DNA from: Nymphaea colorata
Taxonomy: Eukaryota
Assembly: GCF_008831285.2 (NCBI RefSeq)
Contig: NC_045138.2
Location: 20,832,001 to 20,896,000 of the forward strand
Direction: 5' to 3'
DNA length: 64,000 nucleotides
The number at the start of each line of letters is the position of its first letter. Within the stretch, counting starts at the first letter, position 1. The notes beneath the pieces are model-generated. The model had not been told where the DNA came from, did no database searches, and worked only from the letters and a program-made list of their open reading frames with translations. A program made the position numbers and the translations under genes. Shown here in pieces: positions 51,001 to 64,000 of the stretch.

Positions 51001-54000
51001 TGTTCCTAAGATATCTGCCAGTCTGATGTCTGTGAGCAAATTAACAAAAACTCATAATCGCTTGGCTATTTTTTCTTCAAAGGAGGTGATTTTTCAGGAT
51101 CAAAACTCAAAGAAAGTGATTGGTAGAGGACGCGAACAATGAGGTTTTTATATAATTGATGCATGCGATGCTAGTTTTCTTACTTGCTGAATAAAAGAGT
51201 CTGAGTACCAAAAGTGGCATGCTCACCTTGGACATATCTCTGATAGAAGTCTAACTCAGCTGGTTCCTAATCTCACTATTGAAAGTTGGGCGTGTGATGC
51301 TTGTGAGTTTTCAAAATCAACAAGATTGCTATTCCAACCTAATAGTGAGAGATCTTCTATTCTAATGTGTGGGGGCCTGCCCTTGAAGAATTTTATGTTG
51401 GTTTCAAGTATTATGTCTCGTTTATTGATGATAAGTCTAGAATGACATGGATCTATTTTCTTAAAAATAAAAGTGAAGTTCCCACATTGTTTGAGGAATT
51501 TTATAACATGGTTCTCACGCAGTATGGTGCTAAGGTACAAAAGCTTCGGTCAAATAATGGAGGAGAATATGTCAATGACATTCTAACAAATTTCTTGAAA
51601 GAGAAAGGCATCCTACTTCAATATACATGTGCAGGAACTCCCCAACAAAATGGAGTTGCAGAACTGAAAAATCGTCAATTACTCAATATTGTTTGATCTC
51701 TTATGATGCATATGACTGTTCCTTCACGTTTTTGGACTGATGCTATTGCCACAGCTTGCTATTTAAGCAATAGAACTCCAAGTTTTAGCATTGATGATAA
51801 GATTCCTATGCATTTCTTTTAACACGGACAATTTCGATTCAACATCTCAAAGTTTTTGGGTGCAAATGTTATGTTCGTGTTCAGGAAAGTTTTAGAAACA
51901 AGTTTCAGAAACGAGCTACAAAATGTATTTTTTTGGGTTACTCTAGTAGAAAAAGAGGATACAAATGTTATGATCCTATTTCTGCTTGTGATGTTAAGTT
52001 TTTTGAGCAGGAGCCATACTTTGGAGCCTCAATTCAGGGGGAACAAATAAGTAGTGAAAATTTGTAGCATAGTGAACAAGTCTGGCCTCTCATTGATGTT
52101 TTTAACAATGTCCCTGCTGCCGACCACCAGTCTATAGAGTCTAATTTCACAGATCATAGAGAGGAGTCAATCATGGAAGAACTTTAACAACTATCCCCAA
52201 AGATCGACGTATCTGAATAAACCAAAAGCCAAGGTCCTGAGCCACCTATTCGTTGTTCCACTCGTAATACCAGACCACTAATCAAAGTGAGTGACTACTA
52301 CACCTACTTGACTGCAAACAAAGTTCATTCAATAGAAAAATATATAACATTTCAAACTCTATCTCGCCCTTACCAAACCTATGTGTTAAATACTTACTCT
52401 CAAACCGAACCAAAAACCTTTGATGAGGCCAACATGGACAGTAGATGGATACAAGCTATGAAAGAAGAACTTACTGCATTGCAAAAAAATCAAGCTCGGG
52501 ATCTTGTACCTCTCCCTGAAGGAAAGAAAGTGGTTGGATGCAAGTGGGTGTATAAAATAAACTTTAAAAGTGATGGGACTGTGGAACGATTTAAGGCTCG
52601 TCTGGTAGGAAAGGGTTTCATGTAGACTGAAGGAATAGATTACAAAGAAACATTCTCTCTAGTCGTCAAAATGAACACTATCAGAATTTTGCTTTCTATT
52701 GCAGCTAATAAAAGGTGGGACCTAATGCAGCTTGATTATAAGAATGCTTTCTTACATGAAGAACTTCATGAAGAAGTGTATATGGAGTCCCACATAGTGT
52801 TCCAAACCAAAACATGTATGTTTGTAAGTTAAAAAAGGCTTTATATTGGTTAAAACAATCTCCTCGTGCTTGGTTCTCTTGCTAAAGTGATGTTCTTACC
52901 CAGATTGGTTTTAAAATATTGGTTTTAAAAGGAGTTCTGTAGATTACATAATGTTCACCTATGCTAAAGGTTTGAAAATTGTTATCTTACTGGTTTATGT
53001 AGATGACATTATTTTGACAGGTGATGACACAGTATTCATGGCCCAAGTCAAATAGCTCCTTAATAAGCAGTTTGAAATTAAAGATCTAGGTGTTTTTAAG
53101 GTATTTTTTAGGCATTGAAGTTGTACACTGACAAATGAATTTTTATTTGCCAACGAAAATATATTCTTGATTTATTAAAAGAGACAGGGTACATTGGAGC
53201 TAAGGCTGCAAACAGTCCTTTGGAACTAAACTGCAAGCTGCGCAAAGAAGATGGAGACATTGTTGAGAATGTTCAAGTTTGTCATAAACTCGTAGGTAAA
53301 CTCATATATTTAACAGTGACCAAGCCTGATATTGCTTATGCTATTAACTTAATAAGTCAGTTTATGCATAAACCAAGATCCACACAGTCGAAGCTGCACA
53401 TAGAGTGTTGAAATATCTAAACGGACTCCAAGAAAAGGAATACTCATGAAACGTGATCAGCAACTTGAAGTAGTTGGATATGCAGATGCTGATTGGGCAA
53501 GAGATCCAAATGATCGCAGATCTACATCTGGTTACTGTACATTTGTTAGAGGAAATTTGGTAACATGGAAAAGCAAAAAACAAGCTGTGGTGGCAAGATT
53601 AAATGTTGAAGCTGAATACAAAGCAATGACTGATTGTGAACTTATGTGGGTCAAAGCATTACTAAAAGACATGAACATTGAAATAAAGAGAGCTATGAAC
53701 TTAATGTGTGACAACAAGGCTGTAATATATATTGGAGCTAATCATATTTTTCACGAGTGCACCAAACATATAGAAGTTGATTGTCACTTTATTAGGGAGA
53801 AGGTTCAAGATGGTACCATCACAACTCCACACATTAAAAGCGAGAGGCAGCTAGCTGACATCTTCACTAAGAGTCTTGTAAAGGACAAACACCTATACAT
53901 ATCAAACAAGTTGGGGCAGATTGACATTTGCTCACCAACTTGAGGGAGAGATTGTTGAAAACTTCTGGAAGGGAATCTAGTGCGCCGAAATAGGAGAACA

Positions 54001-54309
54001 GATCATGCCAAAAAATCAGGAAAAATAGAGCAGATTGAGTCTAGCTAAATCAAGAGTAGATCAAGATCAAGAGACAAAAAGATTAGCTTCTTTTTTTCTT
54101 GTTGTAAAGATCATGTTTATCAATTCATGTTCTTGTGCTCTCGTCTTCTATATATTGGAGTTGTATCAAGATCAGATGTACTTCAACTCAATAAGATCAA
54201 TCTCTTCCCTTCTCGTGGATGTAGGCTTGAAATTGTCGAACCACGTAAATCCTTGCTTTCTGTTTTTTGTCTAGCCACTGTTTCTCTTGGATACAATGTT
54301 TTTTTAACA
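48057..54309 (+). mobile_element. Full-length but decayed Ty1/copia LTR retrotransposon
   Basis: 357-bp LTRs 48057-48413 and 53953-54309 (TG...CA); TSD GACCT (48052-48056, 54310-54314); PBS TGGTATGAGAGC at 48414; PPT at 53941-53952. Fragmented gag-pol (CNHCKKIGH, LRSNNGGEY, VYVDDII, GYADADWA, KHIEVDCHFIRE) ends at 53943. Confidence 0.96.
49424..50132. mobile_element. GC-rich hAT-type MITE (709 bp) nested in the copia gag
   Basis: TIRs TAGGGGTGGGCATTGGG / CCCGACGCCCAGGCCTA with a perfect 8-bp TSD CTTAAAAG (49416-49423, 50133-50140). Removing it restores gag KEVWDTLK-ELYGEQNN. Confidence 0.93.
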
Positions 54310-54452
54310 GACCTTGCCGATGCTTTCTTGCATTGACTTCATTTATTATCTTCGGCATGGTAGTCAAGGGTCTTTTAGCAGCATAAACACTTTGTAAGTG
54401 CTCCATAAGTTTACTTTAAACATTAAAACAGGTACATGAAAGAATAGTTTTA

Positions 54453-54934
54453 GGGTCTGTTTGGTATGAGGGAAATGGAGGGATTGAGTAATCTCTCCTT
54501 TGTTTGGTTGGCTAATTAGAAAGGAAGAAAAGGGATGGAAATGGGCAAAAGGTGTTTGGCTGCAAGGGGATGGAAGGAAAGGAAAGGAAAGGAAAAGGAG
54601 AGATTGTTTAGTGTAAATCTCTTTCCCCTCAAATCGGACGGATTGGGAAGGAAAGGAAAGAAAGGTAAGTGAAAGAGTTTTTTATTCCCACACTACCCCT
54701 CCTTTTCTTTCCCTCATTTCTAAATACATGTACTATTTAGTCTTTTTTTATATTCCTTTCCTTTCTCTTCCCTTTCTATCCAAACAAATTTTTTAATCAA
54801 CACTTTCCATTCCTTTCCATTTTTCCATTCCTTTCCCTTCCCTTTCATTTCCCTTCCCTTCCATTCCCTTCTCATTCCCTTCCTTTCCATTCCTTCCTTT
54901 CCATCCCTTCCTTTCCCTCCAACCAAACAAAGCT
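54453..54934. mobile_element. Tourist/Harbinger-like fold-back MITE
   Basis: TIRs GGGTCTGTTTGGT / ACCAAACAAAGCT with TTA TSD; GGAAA-rich left arm and TTTCC-rich right arm. The paralogous site at ~14555 is empty with a single TTA. Confidence 0.88.
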
Positions 54935-55675
54935 TTAGTATTCTATGAACTTGTAATAAATTTTAGGAACATTTAGGAGGCACTCACAACAAGATTTCTC
55001 TGTTGCCACATGACCTGACATTAATCACTTATTAATGTGATAGAAGATCAATTGAATGAGTCGATGACTCACCTCTTATTAATTGAGTCTGGTTAAATGG
55101 TCGGTGGAAAACTGGATGCGTCCAGCCACCTTTAGGACATGTGGCCTCCAAAACCATATGCCACCAGAATGATGTAAAAGTGCCCATGACCCACCATGGG
55201 ATCCATGTTGGCCCACATGTGATAGGGAGTTCCACACGTCGAGCACCCACTCCCTCCCAATACCGAGAGAGCTCACTTTGGTCAACAGGTAGTCATCGTT
55301 CAGCAACTTTGCAAATTATTACAAGAAGGTTTTGGAGAAGACCAACTGGTCCAAATGTATTTAATAATGTCAGTCGATCATTACTCCAGCAGTAAAGAGT
55401 TTTAAGTGATGGGATTCACTTTCTTACCAACTCATGCCACTTGGGGTCTGATAGATCGTCCTCACTTGCTTTCCCTCCCTATTGCCATCGATTACAGTAG
55501 CAGAAGCTTCCAGCTTGTATCTTTTGAAAAATAGATCCACTGGGGGAGCCACCCCACCACATTCCGGCCGTGACAGATTTTCCTTCCCTCCCACCGATTT
55601 GGTTCTGATCATCATATCTCCGACCACTGCTATCCACGTCCTTTCTCCGGTCAGATTGTCTTGCCGGAAAAGGAA

Positions 55676-57070
55676 ATGGAATGGCTTCGGAATTGGGTTT
55701 GCAAAAAGGGGCCGTCAGGATTTGGTGCTTGTTCTACTGCGGAGCAAGTTACAGAGGGAATCGATGCTTTCAACATCACCGCCATTGTCACAGGTCTCTG
55801 TTCTCTCTTTCATACCTTTTTCATGCTCTGTATTTGTTCTTTAGGAGGTAGAAGTTTTGTTGGAGTTCTCACAGAGGGAAAAGAACCATATGCATTAGTA
55901 ATCGAGCACAGGAAAAAGATAAAGAAACAAACAGGGTATGAGTAATCAAGCTTAGATAAAAGGTCTTGTTTAGCTAATTCTTCTTCTTCTTCTTCAATTC
56001 ATGAAATCGTGCGGGGGCTACCAGTGGGATCGGCATGGAGACTGCGAGAGTTCTTTCACTGAGGGGAGCGACTGTGATCATCCCTGCAAGGAGCAAGGAG
56101 AGTGGGGAGAAGGTGAAGGAGAAGATTGTGGAGCAAGTGGCGGATGCCAAGATCGAAGTGATGGAGCTGGACCTCAGCTCCCTCGCCTCCGTCAGATCAT
56201 TCGCCGCTGCTTTCCTCTCCTCAAACAAACCCCTCAACCTTCTCATGTACGTAGATCGACCCACCCCTCTTTAATGCTTCTTTTGCTTATTTATGGTTGA
56301 TCGACAGCATCAGATTCTCCCTTTTAGCATTGCGCAAGAAATTATTCTCTTTTGTTGTCCATGAAAATGAACGCCTTTTTGCTATAAAGTCATTAACACA
56401 GCCTTTGTTAGTACTAATTTAGATTTAACAAGGAAGGCTCTTTCTCTCTCTCTCTCTGCGTATATATGTCGTTCTACAAGCTTCGAAACACATTTCCTGT
56501 GCATAACCTCTCAGGAAAAATGAACAATTTCTTCTTCTAACAGAAACAATGCAGGCATTTTTGGATGTCCCTTCCAGCTTTCTGAAGATGGTATAGAGCT
56601 ACAATTTGCCACAAATCACATCGGTAAGCATGTATTATATTAAGTATTAAGTTTTTAACCTTTCTCTGATCCCCCCCCCCCCCCTTATGATTCTCCTCCT
56701 TCACTTTTATTCTTCGGTTTTCACAAAATTGGTGTACTACCTTAGCTCCCTTTAATCACGAAGAAGCCTCCTACTTTATATATCGTTCGTTTGTACGTAG
56801 ATTTATTAGTCTACCTTCTTGCCTTTGCAAAAAGTACTTACGTTTTTTCGAATATAAAATTCTCATGAGCAACAGTATGCTAATCTTGGATAGCTGTCTA
56901 ACATGAGCCGTCCATGTCCATTTGAAGCAGATAGATAGTTGTAAAAAAAACAAAGAAATGACCATCACCTTTTTCTTCATGTTTTGTCTTCTTTAACCTT
57001 CCATCATGCTGGAACGGATTGACTTGATGGTAACTTTGAAAAGTTAGAGATACCATTCAATTTTTTTCTT

Positions 57071-57158
<88 letters not shown>

Positions 57159-58708
57159 CTTTATTTGAAGCACTTTACAAATTTGAAACCAAGTGTCCTT
57201 TCATTTTCAAGTGAATAAGAGGGTGATCAAGAAAGTGAATGTAGGTCATTTCTTGTTGACAAATCTTCTGCTGGACAAGAGTCACAAGATGAAAGCCACT
57301 GCTCGAGAGAGCGGAACAGAAGGAAGAATTGTGGTTGTGGCATCGCAGACCCATAGCACAACATACAAATCTGGCATTCGATCCGAAAATATCAATAATC
57401 CTTCATGGTGCCTCTCCGTCTCTCTCACTTTCTCTCATCTCTCTCACTTATAATATATATGCGAGTAAGAGAGAGAGAGAGAGATCAAGAACCCTTGAGG
57501 GTGTCTCTCTCTCTCTCTCTCTCTCTCCTGTTCTCATCTCTCTCTCAGGTGTAAGTATATATGTGTGGGTTCTGGGGAGGGGGTTGGCACCCCTACGATA
57601 TTGAAAAAACTAAAAATCTTGCTATATATTTAAAATTTTTAAGTCGGCCCTTACAAAAATTTTAAAAATTTTCATTCGGCCCAGTCAAAAAGTTTGAAAC
57701 ACTATACTGTGGCCCCCAAGAGAATTCGAGTTCTATCCCATAGAAAGAGCAAAAAATTTAGGAGGCATTTAGAAGACACCTCAAAAACAATTTTTAGAGG
57801 TAAAAAATGGTTTTGCTTTGGAAACTTCATTTCAGGTGCTAAAGGATGATAGCAAAACTGAGTTTTGCCAAAAATCATGTTCAGAAAAAGCTGTTTTTTT
57901 TTTTCTCTCGAAAGGGAGCAAATAAATGAAGTTTTGGTCTAATTACCTAAACACACAAACTGATTAAAAACCATCTTTTTTAGTGTCATCCAAACACTGC
58001 TTGTTTGCGTGGGATTTTGTTTCTTGAGAAAAAGATGGATTTGATTCGTTATTTTGAGATGCTTTTGTTTGTGATAGGTACGGGCGATTTAAAGCTTACG
58101 GGCAGTCCAAGCTCGCTAACATTCTTCATGCAAAAGAACTTGCTCGACGCCTACAGGCAAGTAAACTAATCGTCTCCCTGGAAAGAAGCCACATGAAAAG
58201 TTCATCGCTGAAAAGATCCCCATGCTTAAGCCATGCATAACCGAAGCAACTACTTAGTAGACTAGCAATAGTACTTCGATACATCGAAAGAATATAAAAG
58301 AAGTTTGTATTTATATATGATCATGTTATCTTGGTTTATATTTATAATGCCGATAAGCCTCGCAATCATGCTGACTAAACTCTTGACCTCGTTCATCTTG
58401 AAGTTCTTAAGTCCAACTATTTAGCCGAGCTTTTGTCGGTCAAATTATTTTATGTATGTTAGATCTCTCTCTTTCTCTCTCTAGGACGAAAGAGCAAAGG
58501 TGACGGCAACTCTCTGCATCCAGGAAATATTCCGACAAACATAATTCAGTAGTACATCAAAAAATTAGGTAACATGCCTTATACACCTCTTCTCCATATC
58601 TACGGTTTTGCCCAGCAAATTGCACTTAAAATCGATTGTTCTTCAGCTCCTCTCGTAGCCGACGTCGCTGCTTTTGTTCTCTGTCCCTTCTTGATGAATG
58701 CCCAACAG
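55676..58708 (+). pseudogene. TIC32-like SDR, copy D (probable pseudogene; exon 8 not in window)
   Basis: Exons 55676-55793, 56015-56246, 56544-56623, 57245-57407, 58078-58156, 58485-58568, 58647-58708. Lesions: exon-2 acceptor AG to GG (56013-56014), and a 1-bp deletion (GCCAAC to GCAAC, ~58507) plus a TAG in exon 6. A 9-bp insertion is present in exon 4. Confidence 0.9.
57076..57155. repeat. Long (TA)n microsatellite (~40 units)
   Basis: Uninterrupted TA run in copy D intron 3. Confidence 0.95.
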
Positions 58709-59052
58709 GTACAAATACTTGGCACTTCTTTTCTGCTTTCTACTTCATATATTTTGCACAACGTCATAGGAATCAAGTTTAATGAACCAAACCAACACCA
58801 AATACTTGTATATGCACTACTTTCATAATCATGCAATACTTGAATCAAGTCAATACATGCGTCCACCAAATCGATTGAGGTGAGGATGCTTTGATGATTC
58901 TCTTCTTATGTTTTTCCTAGGCCGGGCACCAGCTAGTACCCAATACTCGACCCGACCCAAGCAAGCCTGGGCCTAGTTATTGTAGAAGTGGTTTCAGGCC
59001 TGCATGATGAGACCTAGCCCGGCCCGGTAGTTTTGTGGGCCGGGTATCGGGC

Positions 59053-59484
59053 TGATCCGGGAGTAAGACCCGGTCTACGAGCTAGCAACCATTTGACACC
59101 TGTCACAGGACTTGCCCAACAAGTTAGAAAACGTTGGAGAACATGACAGCACCTAAAGCAAGTGGTTGGTGGTTAGAGAGATTGTAGCCCATGAGGCCCG
59201 ATTTTGTGGAAGCCCTTGGAGATGTGTGTCCCCATGAGGCCTTGATTTTGTGGGAGCCCTTGGAGACGTGAGTCATGGGTAGTTATACACCCAGCTATAA
59301 GCCTCGCAGAAATGAGGCACCTAAAAATCAAGAAAAATAGAGAAAAGAGCAAGTGGCCTCTCCGTTTTTTTGGGAGAAGAGAGAAAATCCTGTGTTGGGC
59401 CTTATTGTTCCTCGTCATTTTGGCACTGGAAATCTTGCTAACGTCTGGGTGAGAGACCGATTCAACAAATCCTCATACGGATCA
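59053..59484 (+). mobile_element. Probable 5' LTR (432 bp) inserted into the intron-7 MITE of copy D
   Basis: Ends TGATCCG...CGGATCA (7-bp inverted termini), followed by PBS-like TGGTGTCATAAG; internal TATAA at ~59297. Similarity to copy A's MITE stops exactly at 59052. Confidence 0.7.
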
Positions 59485-59569
59485 ACTGGTGTCATAAGTG
59501 GCCGACGCCCCGAAATACCACTGAGGTACGCAGTTTTGTTGGTGCTTGTCAATATCTTCGAAAAATTAT

Positions 59570-60550
59570 TAAACATTTTTCAGTATTGGCCGCACCTCTT
59601 CATGCATTGACTAAGGCACATAGCAAGTTCGAATGGACAGAAAAATGTGAAGCTGCTTTCAATTTTCTGGAACAAAAAATAAGTGAAGCTCCACTCCTTG
59701 CATTGCCAAATTTATACAAGCCATTCGAATTAGAAACCGATGCTTCAGGTTACGCTATGGGAGCAGTCCTCATGCAAGAACAACGGCCGGTGGCCTACTA
59801 TTCCGAGCTATTCCAGGGAGCACAACTCAATTATTCAGCATATGATAAAGAGCTTCTTGCATTACATCAGGCCATTAAACATTGGCGGTGCTATTTGTTA
59901 GGGAAAGAAACCGTGGTACACACTGACCACCGACCCTTACAGTATCTCCAATCGCAGTCAAAACTGCAGCAAGCGTGCCATATGAAATGGATGTCTTACC
60001 TCCAGCAATTCAGTATTGTCATCAAGTACAAGCAGGGGAGTCAAAACAAATTGACAGATATGCTCTCTCGGCCACCACAGGCCTCCGTTTGCTTGACCGG
60101 TTTCATACAAATCCAACCCAGCCAGCATGATGATTACGTCCATCTATATATGCATGATCTAGATTTTTGTGAGCATTACAAAGCTGCACCAACGGGCGTA
60201 AAATCTGAATATACTATCAAAAATCACTTGCTGGAAAAGGACGGAAGACTGTGCATCCCACAAGGAGCAGATCTTACCATGTGGTTGAGGGAAGCTCATA
60301 CCTCCAAGGTGGCTGGACATTTTGGAATCAACAAAACAATCCAAAATTTACAGAGGTATGTCTACTGGCCCAATTTACACCAAGATGTTAGTCGGTTTGT
60401 GCGAGGATGTACACTATGTAGTATTTCCAAGCCCAGCAACCGTAAAATAGGCTTGCACCAACCTCTGCCGGTACCAACACGTCCGCGGGAAAGTGTATCC
60501 ATGGATTTTGTGGGTGGTCTACCAACTACTAGGCGAGGACATGATTATCT
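59570..60550 (+). mobile_element. Ty3/gypsy pol fragment (RT connection, RNase H, integrase zinc finger)
   Basis: AAPLHALTK...FEWTEKCEAAF, FELETDASGYAMGAVL, YSAYDKELLA, VHTDHRPL, EAHTSKVAGHFG, YWPNL, VSMDFVGGLP. Confidence 0.92.
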
Positions 60551-62105
60551 CTATCAGCCAAGTTGCATGGTGCAAAGGAAGTGGTCACTGATGAACAAAA
60601 CCAAAGTACTCCAAGCTCTCACATCAAAAGTTTGAGCACTAGTGAGCAAGAAGACAACCAATCACATGAGACAGACACATCTACAAATGAGCGAATAGAA
60701 ACTGCATCGCCTGAAGTAGGCATGACACCAACCTCCATACGGCAAATTGAGACACTTTCGATGCATGGAATAGTCAAGCCAAACCCACGGTATCTACTGT
60801 CATGCACATTACTTCCTACAGAGCCAGATTCTGTCAAAGAAGCCTTATCACATATGGGTTGGGCAGCTGCCATGAAGGAGGAGATTAAAGTACTTAAAAC
60901 CACTGAAACATGGGATTTGGTACCTAGAGAACATGCAAAACACATCATTGGATGCAAGTGGGTTTTCAAAGCCAATGTTAAAGTGGATGGAAGATTGGAC
61001 AGGTTGAAGGCGAGGCTAGTGGCAAAGGGCTATAGACAAATACCAGGGGTGGGCTTCATTGAAACATTTTCGCCAATCATTAAGCCAACTACAATCAGAA
61101 TTATATTTACTGTTGCCTTGTCAAGGAAATGGAGAATACATCAAATTGACATTAAGAATGTCTTCCTCCATGACGATCTAGATGAACCTGTATACATGGA
61201 TCAGCCACCAGGGTTTAGAGACCCAACTAAGCCTAACCATGTTTGTAAACTAGAGAAGGCTTTATATGAGTTGCGTCAATCTGCAAGAATGTGGTTTGAC
61301 AAATTTAGCAATTTTTTGACTCATCACTATTCATTTACAAAGGCGAGCATGGAACTATATGGCTGTTTTTATACGTTGATGATATTTTGATTACTGGTCA
61401 TAGACAAGATACCATGACAAATTTTATTTCAAAAATTAGTTCTGCATTTGCTATGAAAGATTTGGGAGATGTCCATCACTTCCTAGGCATACAAGTGCAG
61501 TAAGAAAAAGATGCTATATTCTTAAGTCAAACAAGGTATGCAAAGGAAATTCTTCAGCGTGCAAACTTGAGTGATTGTAAGCCTAGCAGCACACCTATGG
61601 CAGAAACTCCTCATTGCAATAAGCCGAGCCCATGTTTCCAAGATGCCACATTTTTTCGACGCATGGTAGGTTGTTTGCAATATCTCACCTTCACTCGCCC
61701 AGACTTGGTATACAGTGTCAATTTTGTATCACAATACATGCAGTCACCATCTCAATTCCACTTTCAATTAGTTAACAAAATTCTCAGGCATGTGAAAGCC
61801 ACTATAGACCATGGAGTGAGGATACAACCAACTGATTGCATGCTTCTTCAAAGGTTTTCTGATGCTGATTGGGCTGGTCCAATCACCCGATGTTCAACAA
61901 CTGGATATGGTATTTATCTTGGGCCAAACTGCATCTCATGGTCTGCTAAAAAACAGCCGACGGTAGCTCGTTCAAGCACAGAAGCAGAGTACCGTGCGTT
62001 AGCCTCTACAGCAATAGAGATAACTTGGATCAATTATATATTGCGCGATATTGGGGTGAGTCTATCCATGACACCAATATTGTACTGTGATAATATGTCG
62101 GCATC
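60551..62105 (+). mobile_element. Ty1/copia RT-RNase H fragment
   Basis: EPDSVKEAL, IGCKWVFK, RLKARLVAKG, QIDIKNVFLH, YVDDIL, FSDADWAG, RSSTEAEYRALA, LYCDN; with frameshifts and stops. Confidence 0.92.
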
Positions 62106-64000
62106 AAGCAACAAGACTCGGTAGGTCTTCTCCCTTTCCTGTCATCAAGTTCACTCTGCAGCCACCAATTATATATATATATATATATATATGATCGGTA
62201 TAACCAAACCCAGATGAAGCAATTAATATTTCAAAGAGAAGAGAGAAAGAGATGGTCTGTTTTGAAACTCACATTGTCCCACATAATTTTATTTCCCATC
62301 CAGCCTGATCATGCTGACAAATTGATTAAGAAAGTGAGGTAAGAGTGTAATCCTTGTGTAACAACTATGGAAGCATCTGAAAGAGCTCAAAAAAGTATTT
62401 TAAGGAGGATCCTTAGAAACCACAAGCTTGCATTCCACATTTGTTTAACTCAAACTTCATAGCTCACGTATGAAACTTCCCAATGCACAACTACTCAATT
62501 CCAGCTTCATACCTAAAAAATCCAAATTTCATATATTACAGTATTGTACACCTCAACAGCTAGGTCACAAGAGGTGAGAAGCAACCGACTTTCTGTCACG
62601 TAGAGAAGCTCACACAATCACGTTCTTGAGGATAGATCCTGTCACAAGATTTTCCAGCATTAGTGAGGCTGAAGAAAAGTACGGGACGGGTGAGGTTCTT
62701 AAAACTTTTGTTCCATTGCCTGTTTCCCCTGTTTGGGGGATAGTGTTGACGGAAACTTAAGAAAACAGTATGCCCCCTTTCCGTTCCGAGGTAGTGTGTC
62801 ATCAAACAGAGCCATGGAACAATCTAACACAATGTCTCAATTAACTTTGAATGCGGTTTTATGACAAAACGAGACTCAAGATCATGTTGGATTGGTACGC
62901 CTACAGTAGTTATCATTTCCATCTACCAAATAAACTGGTTCGTGACAACACATTGTGATCAAGTTCTAGTTGTCAAGAAACCACAGTTACTAAGAGAACT
63001 GTTTTCTTCAGAAAATGGTAAATGTGATCACTTGCGGGATTCATACTTGACAAGCAGCTTCACAATCGAATTTGAATCTGAGCGTGACTTCCAACTGGAA
63101 CCTGACGCAGTTCCGACCCAGATGTTATATTAGTCTGACCAATTTTGGAAAAAGGTGGGATAAATCGACGTCCAATTCCAAAACCGTAGAATCCGATTAG
63201 GTGGATGTCAGTAAGGGCTGGACCTACAGAAATGGAAAAGGTGTGCAGTCGAACAATCAAGTTTGAATCCGAGTGTGATTCCAACTTGACTCTTTGCCTA
63301 TTATAGTCAGTATTAAGGTAAAATGATTGAAAAACCAAGAATGGTGGCTTCAACGAGAAGATTACAATCAACTGCCAGATAAAACCAAGAATGCTCGCCT
63401 TAACTCCGGAGAGCTCCGCTGCGTACAGCTTCGTGAAAATAGGATGCACAATCAGATCGACTATAAAATTTGAAAATGGTGATGGGAGTACACAGCCCAT
63501 CACGTTAAGTGAGAATTTTTCTCAAGGTAAATTCTCAATTACCAGTTATGATCCTGCATCTCTTACAGGACCGGAGAACCTGCAGTTCCAATCTATGCTC
63601 CCGTTTGAACCGAGCTAATACAAAGGAAGGAAACCAATAGCAAGAAAAAAAAAAACAGAAAAACTAATTAAATAGTATTACTTAACCAGGAGATGTCAGA
63701 GGCTAATCGAGACCAAAAAAAGCCAACAGTTTGTGATCTTTCAATAAGCCGATGAGAGGGAAATCCCTGACTCAATTTATGCCTCGTAACTAAGCTGGAT
63801 GATGTGCTGGGGACATGCCCGCATCATCTAGCTACTCAACAAGGCACGAACGAAACAAACCATACCAAGATTACAAGTCTTCACCCACCCCATCGAAGCA
63901 AGTTTTGGTGTATCAAAAAGTAAATGTCCGGACACATCTAGAAAAAGAACTGTACAAAATATCTCGTTCTTTCCCTTCAAACAATCTGGATGACTTTCCA

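Noticed and set aside
15296..58708. Biosynthetic gene cluster
   Set aside because: Only one enzyme family is present; no other pathway enzymes occur in the window.
1..64000. tRNA, rRNA or organellar insertions
   Set aside because: None recognised; the tRNA-complementary bits are retrotransposon primer-binding sites.

Overview
Repeat-rich plant nuclear DNA with spliced genes, LTR retrotransposons, hAT/MITE elements and microsatellites. From left to right it contains a decayed hAT (BED-finger) transposase (~4.3-6.4 kb), an intact 8-exon NOP15/NIFK-like RRM gene (8923-11776), and a ~45 kb tandem array of TIC32-like short-chain dehydrogenase/reductase (SDR) genes, all on the + strand. The array has five members: A (15296-20181, pseudogene), a deleted internal fragment (21442-23473), B (25395-33066, intact, 325 aa), C (36593-46221, intact, 326 aa, with a complete 5.4 kb Ty1/copia element in its last intron) and D (55676-58708, pseudogene). 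A second complete but decayed copia (48057-54309) lies upstream of D, and part of it was co-duplicated upstream of A. D's last intron is interrupted by an LTR element with gypsy-type and then copia-type pol fragments. I found no convincing wholly new biological system. The most interesting signals concern evolution of the array: loss of the NADP(H)-specifying Arg in intact copy B, a conserved GC-AG intron, a probable gene-conversion tract between A and D, a TE insertion hotspot in intron 7, and an inverted MITE pair. Exon boundaries and difference counts were read by eye, and no searches were run.
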